Source: Balanoglossus misakiensis (lineage: Eukaryota > Animalia > Hemichordata). From it: DNA of 64,000 bases. Where the stretch lies: contig CM082589.2 in NCBI GenBank assembly GCA_040954595.2, positions 8,816,894 through 8,880,893 on the forward strand, read 5' to 3'. Shown in pieces: positions 15,001 to 26,020 of the stretch. Position numbers and translations under genes: made by a program. The notes under the pieces were generated by a model that did not search any database, was not told the DNA's origin, and saw only the letters and a list, made by a program, of their open reading frames with translations. The number at the start of each line of letters is the position of its first letter. Positions within the stretch are counted from its first letter, which is position 1.

Positions 15001-18000
15001 GTCTTACCCGTCATTGGCACAAACAGTCTCAGGAAGTAAGCTTTCAGCCTACCAATGTAGCTATTTTATTTTCCACTTTTTGTAAGTGAAGCCTGACTGT
15101 CGCCTGTCTTAGGTCAACACTTCATAAGCGGTCTTACCCGTCATTGGCACAAACAGTCTCAGGAAGTAAGCTTTCAGCCTACCAATGTGGCTATTATATT
15201 TTCCACTTTTTGTAAGTGAAGCCTGACTGTCGCCTGTCTTAGGTCACCACTTCATAAGCGGTCTTACCCGTCATTGGCACAAACAGTCTCAGGAAGTAAG
15301 CTTTCAGCCTACCAATGTAGCTATTGTATTTTCCACTTTTTGTAAGTGAAGCCTGACTGTCGCCTGTCTTAGGTCACCACTTCATAAGCGGTCTTACCTG
15401 TCATTGGCACAAACAGTCTCAGGAAGTAAGCTTTCAGCCTACCAATGTAGCTATTGTATTTTCCACTTTTTGTAATTGAAGCCTGACTGTCGCCTGTCTT
15501 AGGTCACCACTTCATAAGCGGTCTTACCCGTCATTGGCACAAACAGTCTCAGGAAGTAAGCTTTCAGCCTACCATTGAAGCTATTGTATTTTCTACTTTT
15601 TGTAAGTGAAGCCTGACTGTCGCCTGTCTTAGGTCACCACTTCATAAGCGGTCTTACCCGTCATTGGCACAAACAGTCTCAGGAAGTAAGCTTTCAGCCT
15701 ACCAATGTAGCTATTGTATTTTCCACTTTTTGTAAGTGAAGCCTGACTGTCGCCTGTCTTAGGTCACCGCTTCATAAGCGGTCTTACCCGTCATTGGAAC
15801 AAACAGTCTCAGGACGTAAGCTTTCAGCCTACCAATGTAGCTATTGTATTTTCCACTTTTTGTAAGTGAAGCCTGACTGTCGCCTGTCTTAGGTCACCAC
15901 TTCATAAGCAGTCTTACCCGTCATTGGCACAAACAGTCTCAGGAAGTAAGCTTTCAGCCTACCAATGTAGCTATTGTATTTTCCACTTTTTGTAAGTGAA
16001 GCCTGACTGTCGCCTGTCTTAGGTCACCACTTCATAAGCGGTCATACCCGTCATTGGCACAAACAGTCTCAGGAAGTAAGCTTTCAGCCTACCAATGTAG
16101 CTATTGTATTTTCCACTTTTTGTAAGTGAATCCTGACTGTCGCCTGTCTTAGGTCACCACTTCATAAGCGGTCTTACCCGTCATTGGCACAAACAGTCTC
16201 AGGAAGTAAGCTTTCAGCCTACCAATGTAGCTATTTTATTTTCCACTTTTTGTAAGTGAAGCCTGACTGTCGCCTGTCTTAGGTCACCACTTCATAAGCG
16301 GTCTTACCCGTCATTGGCACAAACAGTCAAGGAAGTAAGCTTTCAGCCTACCAATGTAGCTATTATATTTTCCACTTTTTGTAAGTGAAGCCTGACTGTC
16401 GCCTGTCTTAGGTCACCACTTCATAAGCGGTCTTACCCGTCATTGGCACAAACAGTCTCAGGAAGTAAGCTTTCAGCCTACCAATGTAGCTATTGTATTT
16501 TCCACTTTTTGTAAGTGAAGTCTGACTGTCGCCTGTCTTAGGTCACCACTTCATAAGCGGTCTTACCCGTCATTGGCACAAACAGTCTCAGGAAGTAAGC
16601 TTTCAGCCTACCAATGAAGCTATTGTATTTTCCACTTTTTGTAAGTGAAGCCTGACTGTCGCCTGTCTTAGGTCACCACTTCATAAGCGGTCTTACCCGT
16701 CATTGGCACAAACAGTCTCAGGAAGTAAGCTTTCAGCCTACCAATATAGCTATTGTATTTTCCACTTTTTGTAAGTGAAGCCTGACTGTCGCCTGTCTTA
16801 GGTCACCACTTCATAAGCGGTCTTACCCGTCATTGGCACAAACTGGCTCAGGAAGTAAGCTTTCAGCCTACCAATGTAGCTATTGTATTTTTCACTTTTT
16901 GTAAGTGAAGTCTGACTGTCGCCTGTCTTTGGTCACCACTTCATAAGCGGTCTTACCCGTCATTGGCACAAACAGTCTCAGGAAGTAAGCTTTCAGCCTA
17001 CCAATGTAGCTATTGTATTTTCCACTTTTTGTAAGTGAAGCCTGACTGTCGCCTGTCTTAGTTCAACACTTCATAAGCGGTCTTACCCGTCATTGGCACA
17101 AACAGTCTCAGGAAGTAAGCTTTCAGCCTACCAATGTAGCTATTGTATTTTACACTTTTTGTAAGTGAAGCCTGACTGTCGCCTGTCTTAGGTCACCACT
17201 TCATAAGCGGCCGCGGTCTTACCCGTCATTGGCACAAACAGTCTCAGGAAGTAAGCTTTCAGCCTGCCAATGTAGCTATTGTATTTTCCACTTTTTGTAA
17301 GTGAAGCCCTCTTGTCGCCTGTCTTAGGTCACCACTTCATAAGCGGTCTTACCCGTCATTGGCACAAACAGTCACAGGAAGTAAGCTTTCACGTACCAAT
17401 GTAGCTATTGTATTTTCCACTTTTTGTAAGTGAAGCCTTACTGTCGCCTGTCTTAGGTCACCACTTCATAAGCGGTCTTACCCGTCATTGGCACAAACAG
17501 TCTCAGGAAGTAAGCTTTCAGCCTACCAATGTAGCTATTATATTTTCCAGTTTTTGTAAGTGAAGCCTGACAATCGCCTGTCTAAGGTCACCACTTCATA
17601 AGTGGTCTTACCCGTTATTGGCACAAACAGTCTCAGGAAGTAAGCTTTCAGCCTACCAATGTAGCTATTGTATTTTCCACTTTTTGTAAGTGAAGCCTGA
17701 CTGTCGCCTGTCTTAGGTCACCACTTCATAAGCGGTCTTACCCGTAATTGGCACAAACAGTCTCAGGAAGTAAGCTTTCAGCCTACCAATATAGCTATTG
17801 TATTTTCCACTTTTTGTAAGTGAAGCCCTCTTGTCGCCTGTCTTAGGTCACCACTTCATAAGCGGTCTTACCCGTCATTGGCACAAACAGTCACAGGAAG
17901 TAAGCTTTCACGTACCAATGTAGCTATTGTATTTTCCACTTTTTGTAAGTGAAGCCTGACTGTCGCCTGTCTTAGGTCACCACTTCATAAGCGGTCTTAC

Positions 18001-21000
18001 CCGTCATTGGCACAAACAGTCTCAGGAAGTAAGCTTTCAGCCTACCAATGTAGCTATTATATTTTCCACTTTTTGTAAGTGAAGCCTGACTGTCGCCTGT
18101 CTTAGGTCACCACTTCATAAGCGGTCTTACCTGTCATTGGCACAAACAGTCTCAGGAAGTAAGCTTTCAGCCTTCCAATGTAGCTATTGTATTTTCCACT
18201 TTTTGTAAGTGAAGCCTGACTGTCGCCTGTCTTAGGTCACCACTTCATAAGCGGCCGCGGTCTTACCCGTCATTGGCACAAACAGTCTCAGGAAGTAAGC
18301 TTTCAGCCTACCAATGTAGCTATTGTATTTTCCACTTTTTGTAAGTGAAGCCCTCTTGTCGCCTGTCTTAGGTCACCACTTCATAAGCGGTCTTACCCGT
18401 CATTGGCACAAACAGTCACAGGAAGTAAGCTTTCACCTACCAATGAAGCTATTGTTTTTTCCACTTTTTGTAAGTGAAGCCTGACTGTCGCCTGTCTTAG
18501 GTCACCACTTCATAAGCGGTCTTACCCGTCATTGGCACAAACAGTCTCAGGAAGTAAGCTTTCAGCCTACCAATGTAGCTATTATATTTTCCAGTTTTTG
18601 TAAGTGAAGCCTGACTGTCGCCTGTCTAAGGTCACCACTTCATAAGTGGTCTTACCCGTTATTGGCACAAACAGTCTCAGGAAGTAAGCTTTCAGCCTAC
18701 CAATGTAGCTTTTGTATTTTCCACTTTTTGTAAGTGAAGCCTGACTGTCGCCTGTCTTAGGTCACCACTTCATAAGCGATCTTACCTGTCATTGGCACAA
18801 ACAGTCTCAGGAAGTAAGCTTTCAGCCTACCAATGTAGCTATTGTATTTTCCACTTTTTGTAAGTGAAGCCTGACTGTCGCCTGTCTTAGGTCACCACTT
18901 CATAAGCGGTCTTACCCGTCATTGGCACAAACAGTCTCAGGAAGTAAGCTTTCAGCCTACCAATGTAGCTATTGAATTTTCCACTTTTTGTAAGTGAAGC
19001 CTGACTGTCGCCTGTCTTAGGTCACCACTTCATAAGCGGTCTTACCCGTCATTGGCACAAACAGTCTCAGGAAGTAAGCTTTCAGCCTACCAATGTAGCT
19101 ATTATATTTTCCACTTTTTGTAAGTGAAGCCTGACTGTCGCCTGTCTTAGGTCACCACTTCATAAGTGGTCTTACCCGTTATTGGCACAAACAGTCTCAG
19201 GAAGTAAGCTTTCAGCCTACCAATGTAGCTATTGTATTTTCCACTTTTTGTAAGTGAAGCCTGACTGTCGCCTATCTTAGGTCACCACTTCATAAGCGGT
19301 CTTACCTGTCATTGGCACAAACAGTCTCAGGAAGTAAGCTTTCAGCCTACCAATGTAGCTATTGTATTTTCCACTTTTTGTAAGTGAAGCCTGACTGTCG
19401 TCTGTCTTAGGTCACCACTTCATAAGCGGTCTTACCCGTCATTGGCACAAACAGTCTCAGGAAGTAAGCTTTCAGCCTACCAATGTAGCTATTGTATTTT
19501 CCACTTTTTGTAAGTGAAGCCTGACTGTCGCCTGTCTTAGGTCACCACTTCATAAGCGGTCTTACCCGTCATTGGCACAAACAGTCTCAGGACGTAAGCT
19601 TTCAGCCTACCAATGTAGCTATTGTATTTTCCACTTTTTATAAGTGAAGCCTGACTGTCGCCTGTCTTAGGTCACCACTTCATAAGCGGTCTTACCCGTC
19701 ATTGGCACAAACAGTCACAGGAAGTAAGCTTTCAGCCTACCAATGTAGCTATTGTATTTTCCACTTTTTGTAAGTGAAGCCTGACTGTCGCCTGTCTTAG
19801 GTCACCACTTCATAAGCGGTCTTACCCGTCATTGGCACAAACAGTCTCAGGAAGTAAGCTTTCAGCCTACCAATGTAGCTATTTTATTTTCCACTTTTTG
19901 TAAGTGAAGCCTGACTGTCGCCTGTCTTAGGTCACCACTTCATAAGCGGTCTTACCCGTCATTGGCACAAACAGTCTCAGGAAGTAAGCTTTCAGCCTAC
20001 CGATGTAGCTATTGTATTTTCCGCTTTTTGTAAGTGAAGCCTGACTATCGCCTGTCTTAGGTCACCACTTCATAAGCGGTCTTACCCGTCATTGGCATAA
20101 ACAGTCTCAGGAAGTAAGCTTTCAGCCTACCAATGTAGCTATTATATTTTCCACTTTTTGTAAGTGAAGCCTGACTGTCGCCTGTCTTAGGTCACCACTT
20201 CATAAGCGGTCTTACCTGTCATTGGCACAAACAGTCTTAGGAAGTAAGCTTTCAGCCTACCAATGTAGCTATTGTATTTTCCACTTTTTGTAAGTGAAGC
20301 CTGACTGTCGCCTGTCTTAGGTCACCACTTCATAAGCGGTCTTACCCGTCATTGGCACAAACAGTCTTAGGAAGTAAGCTTTCAGCCTACCAATGAAGCT
20401 ATTGTATTTTCCACTTTTTGTAAGTGAAGCCTGACTGTCGCCTGTCTTAGGTCACCACTTCATAAGCGGTCTTACCCGTCATTGGCACAAACAGTCTCAG
20501 GAAGTAAGCTTTCAGCCTACCAATGTAGCTATTGTATTTTCCACTTTTTGTAAGTGAAGCCTGACTGTCGCCTGTCTTAGGTCACCACTTCATAAGCGGT
20601 CTTACCCGTCATTGGCACAAACAGTCTCAGGAAGTAAGCTTTCAGCCTACCAATGTAGCTATTGTATTTTCCACTTTTTGTAAGTGAAGCCTGACTGTCG
20701 CCTGTCTTAGGTCACCACTTCATAAGCGGTCTTACCCGTCATTGGCACAAACAGTCTCAGAAAGTAAGCTTTCAGCCTACCAATGTAGCTATTGTATTTT
20801 CCACTTTTTGTAAGTGAAGCCTGACTGTCGCCTGTCTTAGATCACCACTTCATAAGCGGTCTTACAGGTCATTGGCACAAACAGTCTCAGGAAGTAAGCT
20901 TTCAGCCTACCAATGTAGCTATTATATTTTCCACTTTTTGTAAGTGAAGCCTGACTGTCGCCTGTCTTAGGTCACCACTTCATAAGCGGTCTTACCCGTC

Positions 21001-22874
21001 ATTGGCACAAACAGTCTTAGGAAGTAAGCTTTCAGCCTACCAATGAAGCTATTGTATTTTCCACTTTTTGTAAGTGAAGCCTGATTGTCGCCTGTCTTAG
21101 GTCACCACTTCATAAGCGGTCTTACCCGTCATTGGCACAAACAGTCTCAGGAAGTAAGCTTTCAGCCTACCAATGTAGCTATTGTATTTTCCACTTTTTG
21201 TAAGTGAAGCCTGACTGTCGCCTGTCTTAGGTCACCACTTCATAAGCGGTCTTACCCGTCATTGGCACAAACAGTCTCAGGAAGTAAGCTTTCAGCCTAC
21301 CAATGTAGCTATTGTATTTTCCACTTTTTGTAAGTGAAGCCTGACTGTCGCCTGTCTTAGGTCACCACTTCATAAGCGGTCTTACCCGTCATTGGCACAA
21401 ACAGTCTTAGGAAGTAAGCTTTCAGCCTACCAATGAAGCTATTGTATTTTCCACTTTTTGTAAGTGAAGCATGATTGTCGCCTGTCTTAGGTCACCACTT
21501 CATAAGCGGTCTTACCCGTCATTGGCACAAACAGTCTCAGGAAGTAAGCTTTCAGCCTACCAATGTAGCTATTGTATTTTCCACTTTTTGTAAGTGAAGC
21601 CTGACTGTCGCCTGTCTTAGGTCACCACTTCATAAGCGGTCTTACCCGTCATTGGCACAAACAGTCTCAGGAAGTAAGCTTTCAGCCTACCAATGTAGCT
21701 ATTGTATTTTCCACTTTTTGTAAGTGAAGCCTGACTGTCGCCTGTCTTAGGTCACCACTTCATAAGCGGTCTTACCCGTCATTGGCACAAACAGTCTCAG
21801 AAAGTAAGCTTTTAGCCTACCAATGTAGCTATTGTATTTTCCACTTTTTGTAAGTGAAGCCTGACTGTCGTCTGTCTTAGGTCACCACTTCATAAGCGGT
21901 CTTACCCGTCATTGGCACAAACAGTCTCAGGAAGTAAGCTTTCAGCCTACCAATGTAGCTATTGTATTTTCCACTTTTTGTAAGTGAAGCCTGACTGTCG
22001 CCTGTCTTAGGTCACCACTTCATAAGCGGTCTTACCCGTCATTGGCACAAACTGTCTCAGGAAGTAAGCTTTCAGCCTACCAATGTAGCTATTGTATTTT
22101 CCACTTTTTGTAAGTGAAGCCTGACTGTCGCCTGTCTTAGGTCACCACTTCATAAGCGGTCTTACCCGTCATTGGCACAAACAGTCTCAGGAAGTAAGCT
22201 TTCAGCCTACCAATGTAGCTATTGTATTTTCCACTTTTTGTAAGTGAAGCCTGACTGTCGCCTGTCTTAGGTCACCACTTCATAAGCGGTCTTACCCGTC
22301 ATTGGCACAAACAGTCTCAGGAAGTAAGCTTTCAGCATACCAATGTAGCTATTTTATTTTCCACTTTTTGTAAGTGAAGCCTGACTGTCGCCTGTCTTAG
22401 GTCACCACTTCATAAGCGGTCTTACCCGTCATTGGCACAAACAGTCTCAGGAAGTAAGCTTTCAGTCTACCAATGTAGCTATTGTATTTTCCACTTTTTG
22501 TAAGTGAAGCCTGACTGTCGCCTGTCTTAGGTCACCACTTCATAAGCGGTCTTACCCGTCATTGGCACAAACAGTCTCAGGAAGTAAGCTTTCAGCCTAC
22601 CAATGTAGCTATTGTATTTTTCACTTTTTGTAAGTGAAGCCTGACTGTCGCCTGTCTTAGGTCACCACTTCATAAGCGGTCTTACCCGTCATTGGCACAA
22701 ACAGTCTCAGGAAGTAAGCTTTAAGCCTACCATTGTAGCTATTGTATTTTCCACTTTTTGTAAGTGAAGCCTGACTGTCGCCTGTCTTAGGTCAACACTT
22801 CATAAGCGGTCTTACCCGTCATTGGCACAAACAGTCTCAGGAAGTAAGCTTTCAGCCTACCAATGTAGCTATTG
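1..22874. repeat. 130-bp tandem satellite array, block 1 (~176 monomers; runs off the window edge)
   Basis: Head-to-tail copies of GTATTTTCCACTTTTTGTAAGTGAAGCCTGACTGTCGCCTGTCTTAGGTCACCACTTCATAAGCGGTCTTACCCGTCATTGGCACAAACAGTCTCAGGAAGTAAGCTTTCAGCCTACCAATGTAGCTATT (130 bp), mostly 0-3 differences per copy and no spacers. Confidence 0.99.
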
Positions 22875-23516
22875 TGTAACGGCCTTGTTGATCCATTGAA
22901 TTTGTATACATGTATATCTGTATGTATGTTATACCTGTATCTTATAGTAATTAGTTATTCAATTATTCATATGACGTAATAGTACTTACCTTCAATTGGT
23001 TAATCTTAATTATATGCAAACCACCTGGAAGTTTCATTTGACCAATGAACACAAGCTAATCTGGCACTATGATGTAATTGCTGATATAAAAGGACATGGT
23101 GCATAAAATTGGTCAGTTCACCTCTGTAGCCAGACCGGCCACACACGTTGGAACTGACATGTATTTGTTCCATTTCAGGTTAGTTTCCTTGTACCTTACC
23201 TGTTGCTTGAAGCTTTGTATTTTGGTGCATTCTACCGACTCATTTCAGCACAAGTAATTGGTGTCTTTAACTTGCGTCAATTTTCCAATTGTATGTCTAT
23301 ATTTTTCACTTGCATGAATTTTGGTGTATTCTGTTGGAGGTGAACTCCCATACATGTGTGTAATTTAGGAGTTCACCTCTGTAGCCAGACCGGCCACACA
23401 CGTTGGAACTGACATATATTTGTTCCATTTCAGTTATTAAATGTAAGGCCTATGTCTTTGTTACCCGTAACCAGTTTGGTGTGAATATGTTGGAATGAAC
23501 GGCGACAACCGTGACA
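22875..23516 (+). repeat. 5' LTR (642 bp)
   Basis: TGTAACGG...CCGTGACA; matches 30294-30935 except at 23002/30421 and 23416/30835. Confidence 0.97.
23042..23118 (+). promoter_or_regulatory. LTR Pol II core promoter (CCAAT, TATA, Inr)
   Basis: CCAAT 23042-23046, TATAAAA 23085-23091, and Inr-like TCAGTT 23113-23118 with its A (23115) 30 bp after the TATA start. Confidence 0.7.
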
Positions 23517-23518
23517 AA

Positions 23519-23536
23519 TGGCGTAGTCGGCAGGAT
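23519..23536 (+). promoter_or_regulatory. Primer binding site complementary to the tRNA-Ser 3' end
   Basis: TGGCGTAGTCGGCAGGAT 2 nt after the 5' LTR; reverse complement of the metazoan tRNA-Ser 3' end (ATCCTGCCGACTACG-CCA). Confidence 0.9.
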
Positions 23537-24592
23537 TTGGCAATTCCTACGCAAGTTCTTGTTTCGGGACGGAGAGGATGATACTGACAAGTGCCATGTT
23601 TTAACTGGTCAGAAGTGTCTGGACAACGGACAACGCCCAACCAGGTGTGTCTTTCGCTGAGCTGGACGTCCTTGGGGAGCCAACCGGACTGCAGACAGAC
23701 GGGAGCCAGGTCCAAGCGTCAACGGCGAGGAAAATTCTCTGCAGAGTGCCAAGTGGTGAAGTCGCTGAACTGTTACCGGCCGGAACTGTTTAGTGTGAAG
23801 TGTTCATCGCGGTATACAAGGTATTGTGTGTCCAGAACTTGACAGTGTTATTCCGTGCGAACTATAGACAGTGCGCATAAATTCCGTCCGTGGCGCATAG
23901 TTTCCATCTGTGATAACTTCGGACTTGAACTTGTGGACTGGGTATTTTATTGCAAACGAACTTTCTGGTTATTCGCCGTAGAACCTGGTGTAACGTAATG
24001 TTTGTAAATTTTTCTTAGAAATTTCAATATTGTCTATATAATGCAATGTGGTCAAAGTAGTTTTGACTTTGATTTAATTGTTGAATTGGGCTCCATGTGG
24101 ATATAAACCCATGTTTTGTTGCCTTTAGCCTGCTTTAAAAAAAAAAAAAAAAATTATTTTCTTTCAATAGTATATTTTGGTTAAGTGCTGAAGTATAAAT
24201 TTTCTTTGTAAATTTCAGTTCATTATTTTCCAAACGACGTGAAAAAAAAAAAATTGTCAGCGCTTGTTGAAAAAAAACTATTAAGTTATAAGTTAAATAT
24301 TGTATATTGACTTGAGTTAGTTTATTATTGTATTAGTTATTTAGTTGTTTCATTATTATTGAGACTGTCCATGAATGGTCGTATTCATCCAAATCATACA
24401 TTAGTCTCTAGAGAACCTTTGGCAGTGTCTGTAAGCTATTCTATGCTTATTTCATTCCCTGTTAACGTATGTGCTATGCCAGTAGATACTGATATTATTG
24501 TTAAGATTTTCCAGTGAAATAGCTTGCATTGCATCGTATTTAACGACACGTCAGAGTCCTCCCAAATTGCCTTTCATTTTCTGGGGAAAAGA

Positions 24593-26017
24593 ATGGCTGT
24601 GTCCAAAATATCAATTCAAGAGCGAAGCATTTATGTGCAACACTTGCCTTTTGAATGTACAAAGAAACATTTTAGAGAATTTATCGAGTTACAGCTTGGT
24701 TTGGCCCAGGTTGATCAAATTTATATTTCTGATAAAGATTCCGCTTTTGTCATATTTGAGAATATAGAATCAGCCACAGCCGCTCTGCCAGTAATACATA
24801 AAAGCACTTTTGAAGAAAGCAAATTACGGGCAAGTCGTGTGACCACAGCCCGAGGGTTGGAACTGTGGCATTTAATTGAGGAAACCGAACAAAGTACTGG
24901 CCTAGATTACAATGAAACCAGTGATCCCAAGACATCCAAACCCAAAGCAGATGTACAGGAAATTATTAACATGTTGAGTTTACTGTCTGAAGCAGATAGG
25001 AAAGCGGTTGCACAGGCCATATCACCTGCTCCACTGAAACCAATCGTATCAACCCCTATGCCACAGCCGATTCCATTTCCAGCATTTCCAGTACCAACTT
25101 CAGTTGCAGATTCTTCACCATTTATTATGTCTTCACCTGCCCAAGCAGCTGCTGCACAGCCAGCCACAGCCACTACTGCTTTTCACTCGGTGGAATTCCC
25201 AAGAATAGTCGTCTTCTCTGGCAAAGGTGATGTCACTTATGAAATGTGGCGATATGAAGTTCGAGCACTACAGAGGGAGAATGTGTTTCCGGAGACCATA
25301 ATTATGCAGGCTGTTCGGAAATCCTTACGAGCGTCCGCTGCTGAAGTCCTACTACATATGGGAGAAGACATCACAGTGTCCCGATTGATGGCGAAGATGG
25401 ACATGGTCTTTGGGAAAGTATTGCCACCGGAAGCAGTTTTGGAAAAATTCTATACAGCACGACAAACGAAGACAGAAAAGGTAGCAGAATGGGCCTGTCG
25501 CATCGAAGGACTTTTGGATGAACTCAGATCAGGTCAGTCCATCTCTAGTAATTCAGAAGAAACCATGCTTCGAACCAAATTCTTTTCTGGCCTGTCAGAT
25601 GAGCACATTAAGAATGCAATCAGACACCGATATGATACGGGAGAAGATTATTCAGGATTGTTGCTAGCCGCAAGAAAGCTTGAAGTAAATAGGGAGACCA
25701 CTACCAGGGTTCACCAAGCAACTGTTGCTGACAAGACGATGATAACCAAATTGGAGGAACTTACCAAAGGTCTGAAGAACTTAGCTGAGAAGGTTGCTGA
25801 ACTAGAGAAGCGAACTTCAACATCATCAACTCCAGAGTCTACTTTTCGCCGACGTGTCAACAATGAAAATGGCCGGGATCGGCGTGGCAACGATGGAACT
25901 CGCCAACCCAAACAAGTTTTCCCAGGCAACTGCTTCAAGTGTGGTGAACATGGACACAAAAAGACAGACTGTCCTTTAAATGGGGAGCGACCAGGCATCC
26001 GGAGGGACATGCGCTAG
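24593..26017 (+). CDS. gag: Gag: N-terminal RRM-like domain, PNMA-like capsid, CCHC zinc knuckle
   Basis: First in-frame ATG at 24593 (474 aa). IYVQHL / SAFVIF RNP-like motifs; FSGKGDVTYEMWRYEV...EKFYTARQ capsid-like region; CFKCGEHGHKKTDC knuckle. Confidence 0.93.
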   Translation: MAVSKISIQERSIYVQHLPFECTKKHFREFIELQLGLAQVDQIYISDKDSAFVIFENIESATAALPVIHKSTFEESKLRASRVTTARGLELWHLIEETEQSTGLDYNETSDPKTSKPKADVQEIINMLSLLSEADRKAVAQAISPAPLKPIVSTPMPQPIPFPAFPVPTSVADSSPFIMSSPAQAAAAQPATATTAFHSVEFPRIVVFSGKGDVTYEMWRYEVRALQRENVFPETIIMQAVRKSLRASAAEVLLHMGEDITVSRLMAKMDMVFGKVLPPEAVLEKFYTARQTKTEKVAEWACRIEGLLDELRSGQSISSNSEETMLRTKFFSGLSDEHIKNAIRHRYDTGEDYSGLLLAARKLEVNRETTTRVHQATVADKTMITKLEELTKGLKNLAEKVAELEKRTSTSSTPESTFRRRVNNENGRDRRGNDGTRQPKQVFPGNCFKCGEHGHKKTDCPLNGERPGIRRDMR

Positions 26018-26020
26018 GTC
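25975..26020 (+). other. Programmed -1 ribosomal frameshift signal
   Basis: T TTA AAT heptamer in gag codon phase (25975-25981), followed by a CGACC/GGTCG + GCAT/ATGC stem-loop. Confidence 0.8.

Noticed and set aside
23461-23842. Short ORFs across the LTR end, PBS and leader
   Set aside because: Non-ATG starts and no recognisable motifs
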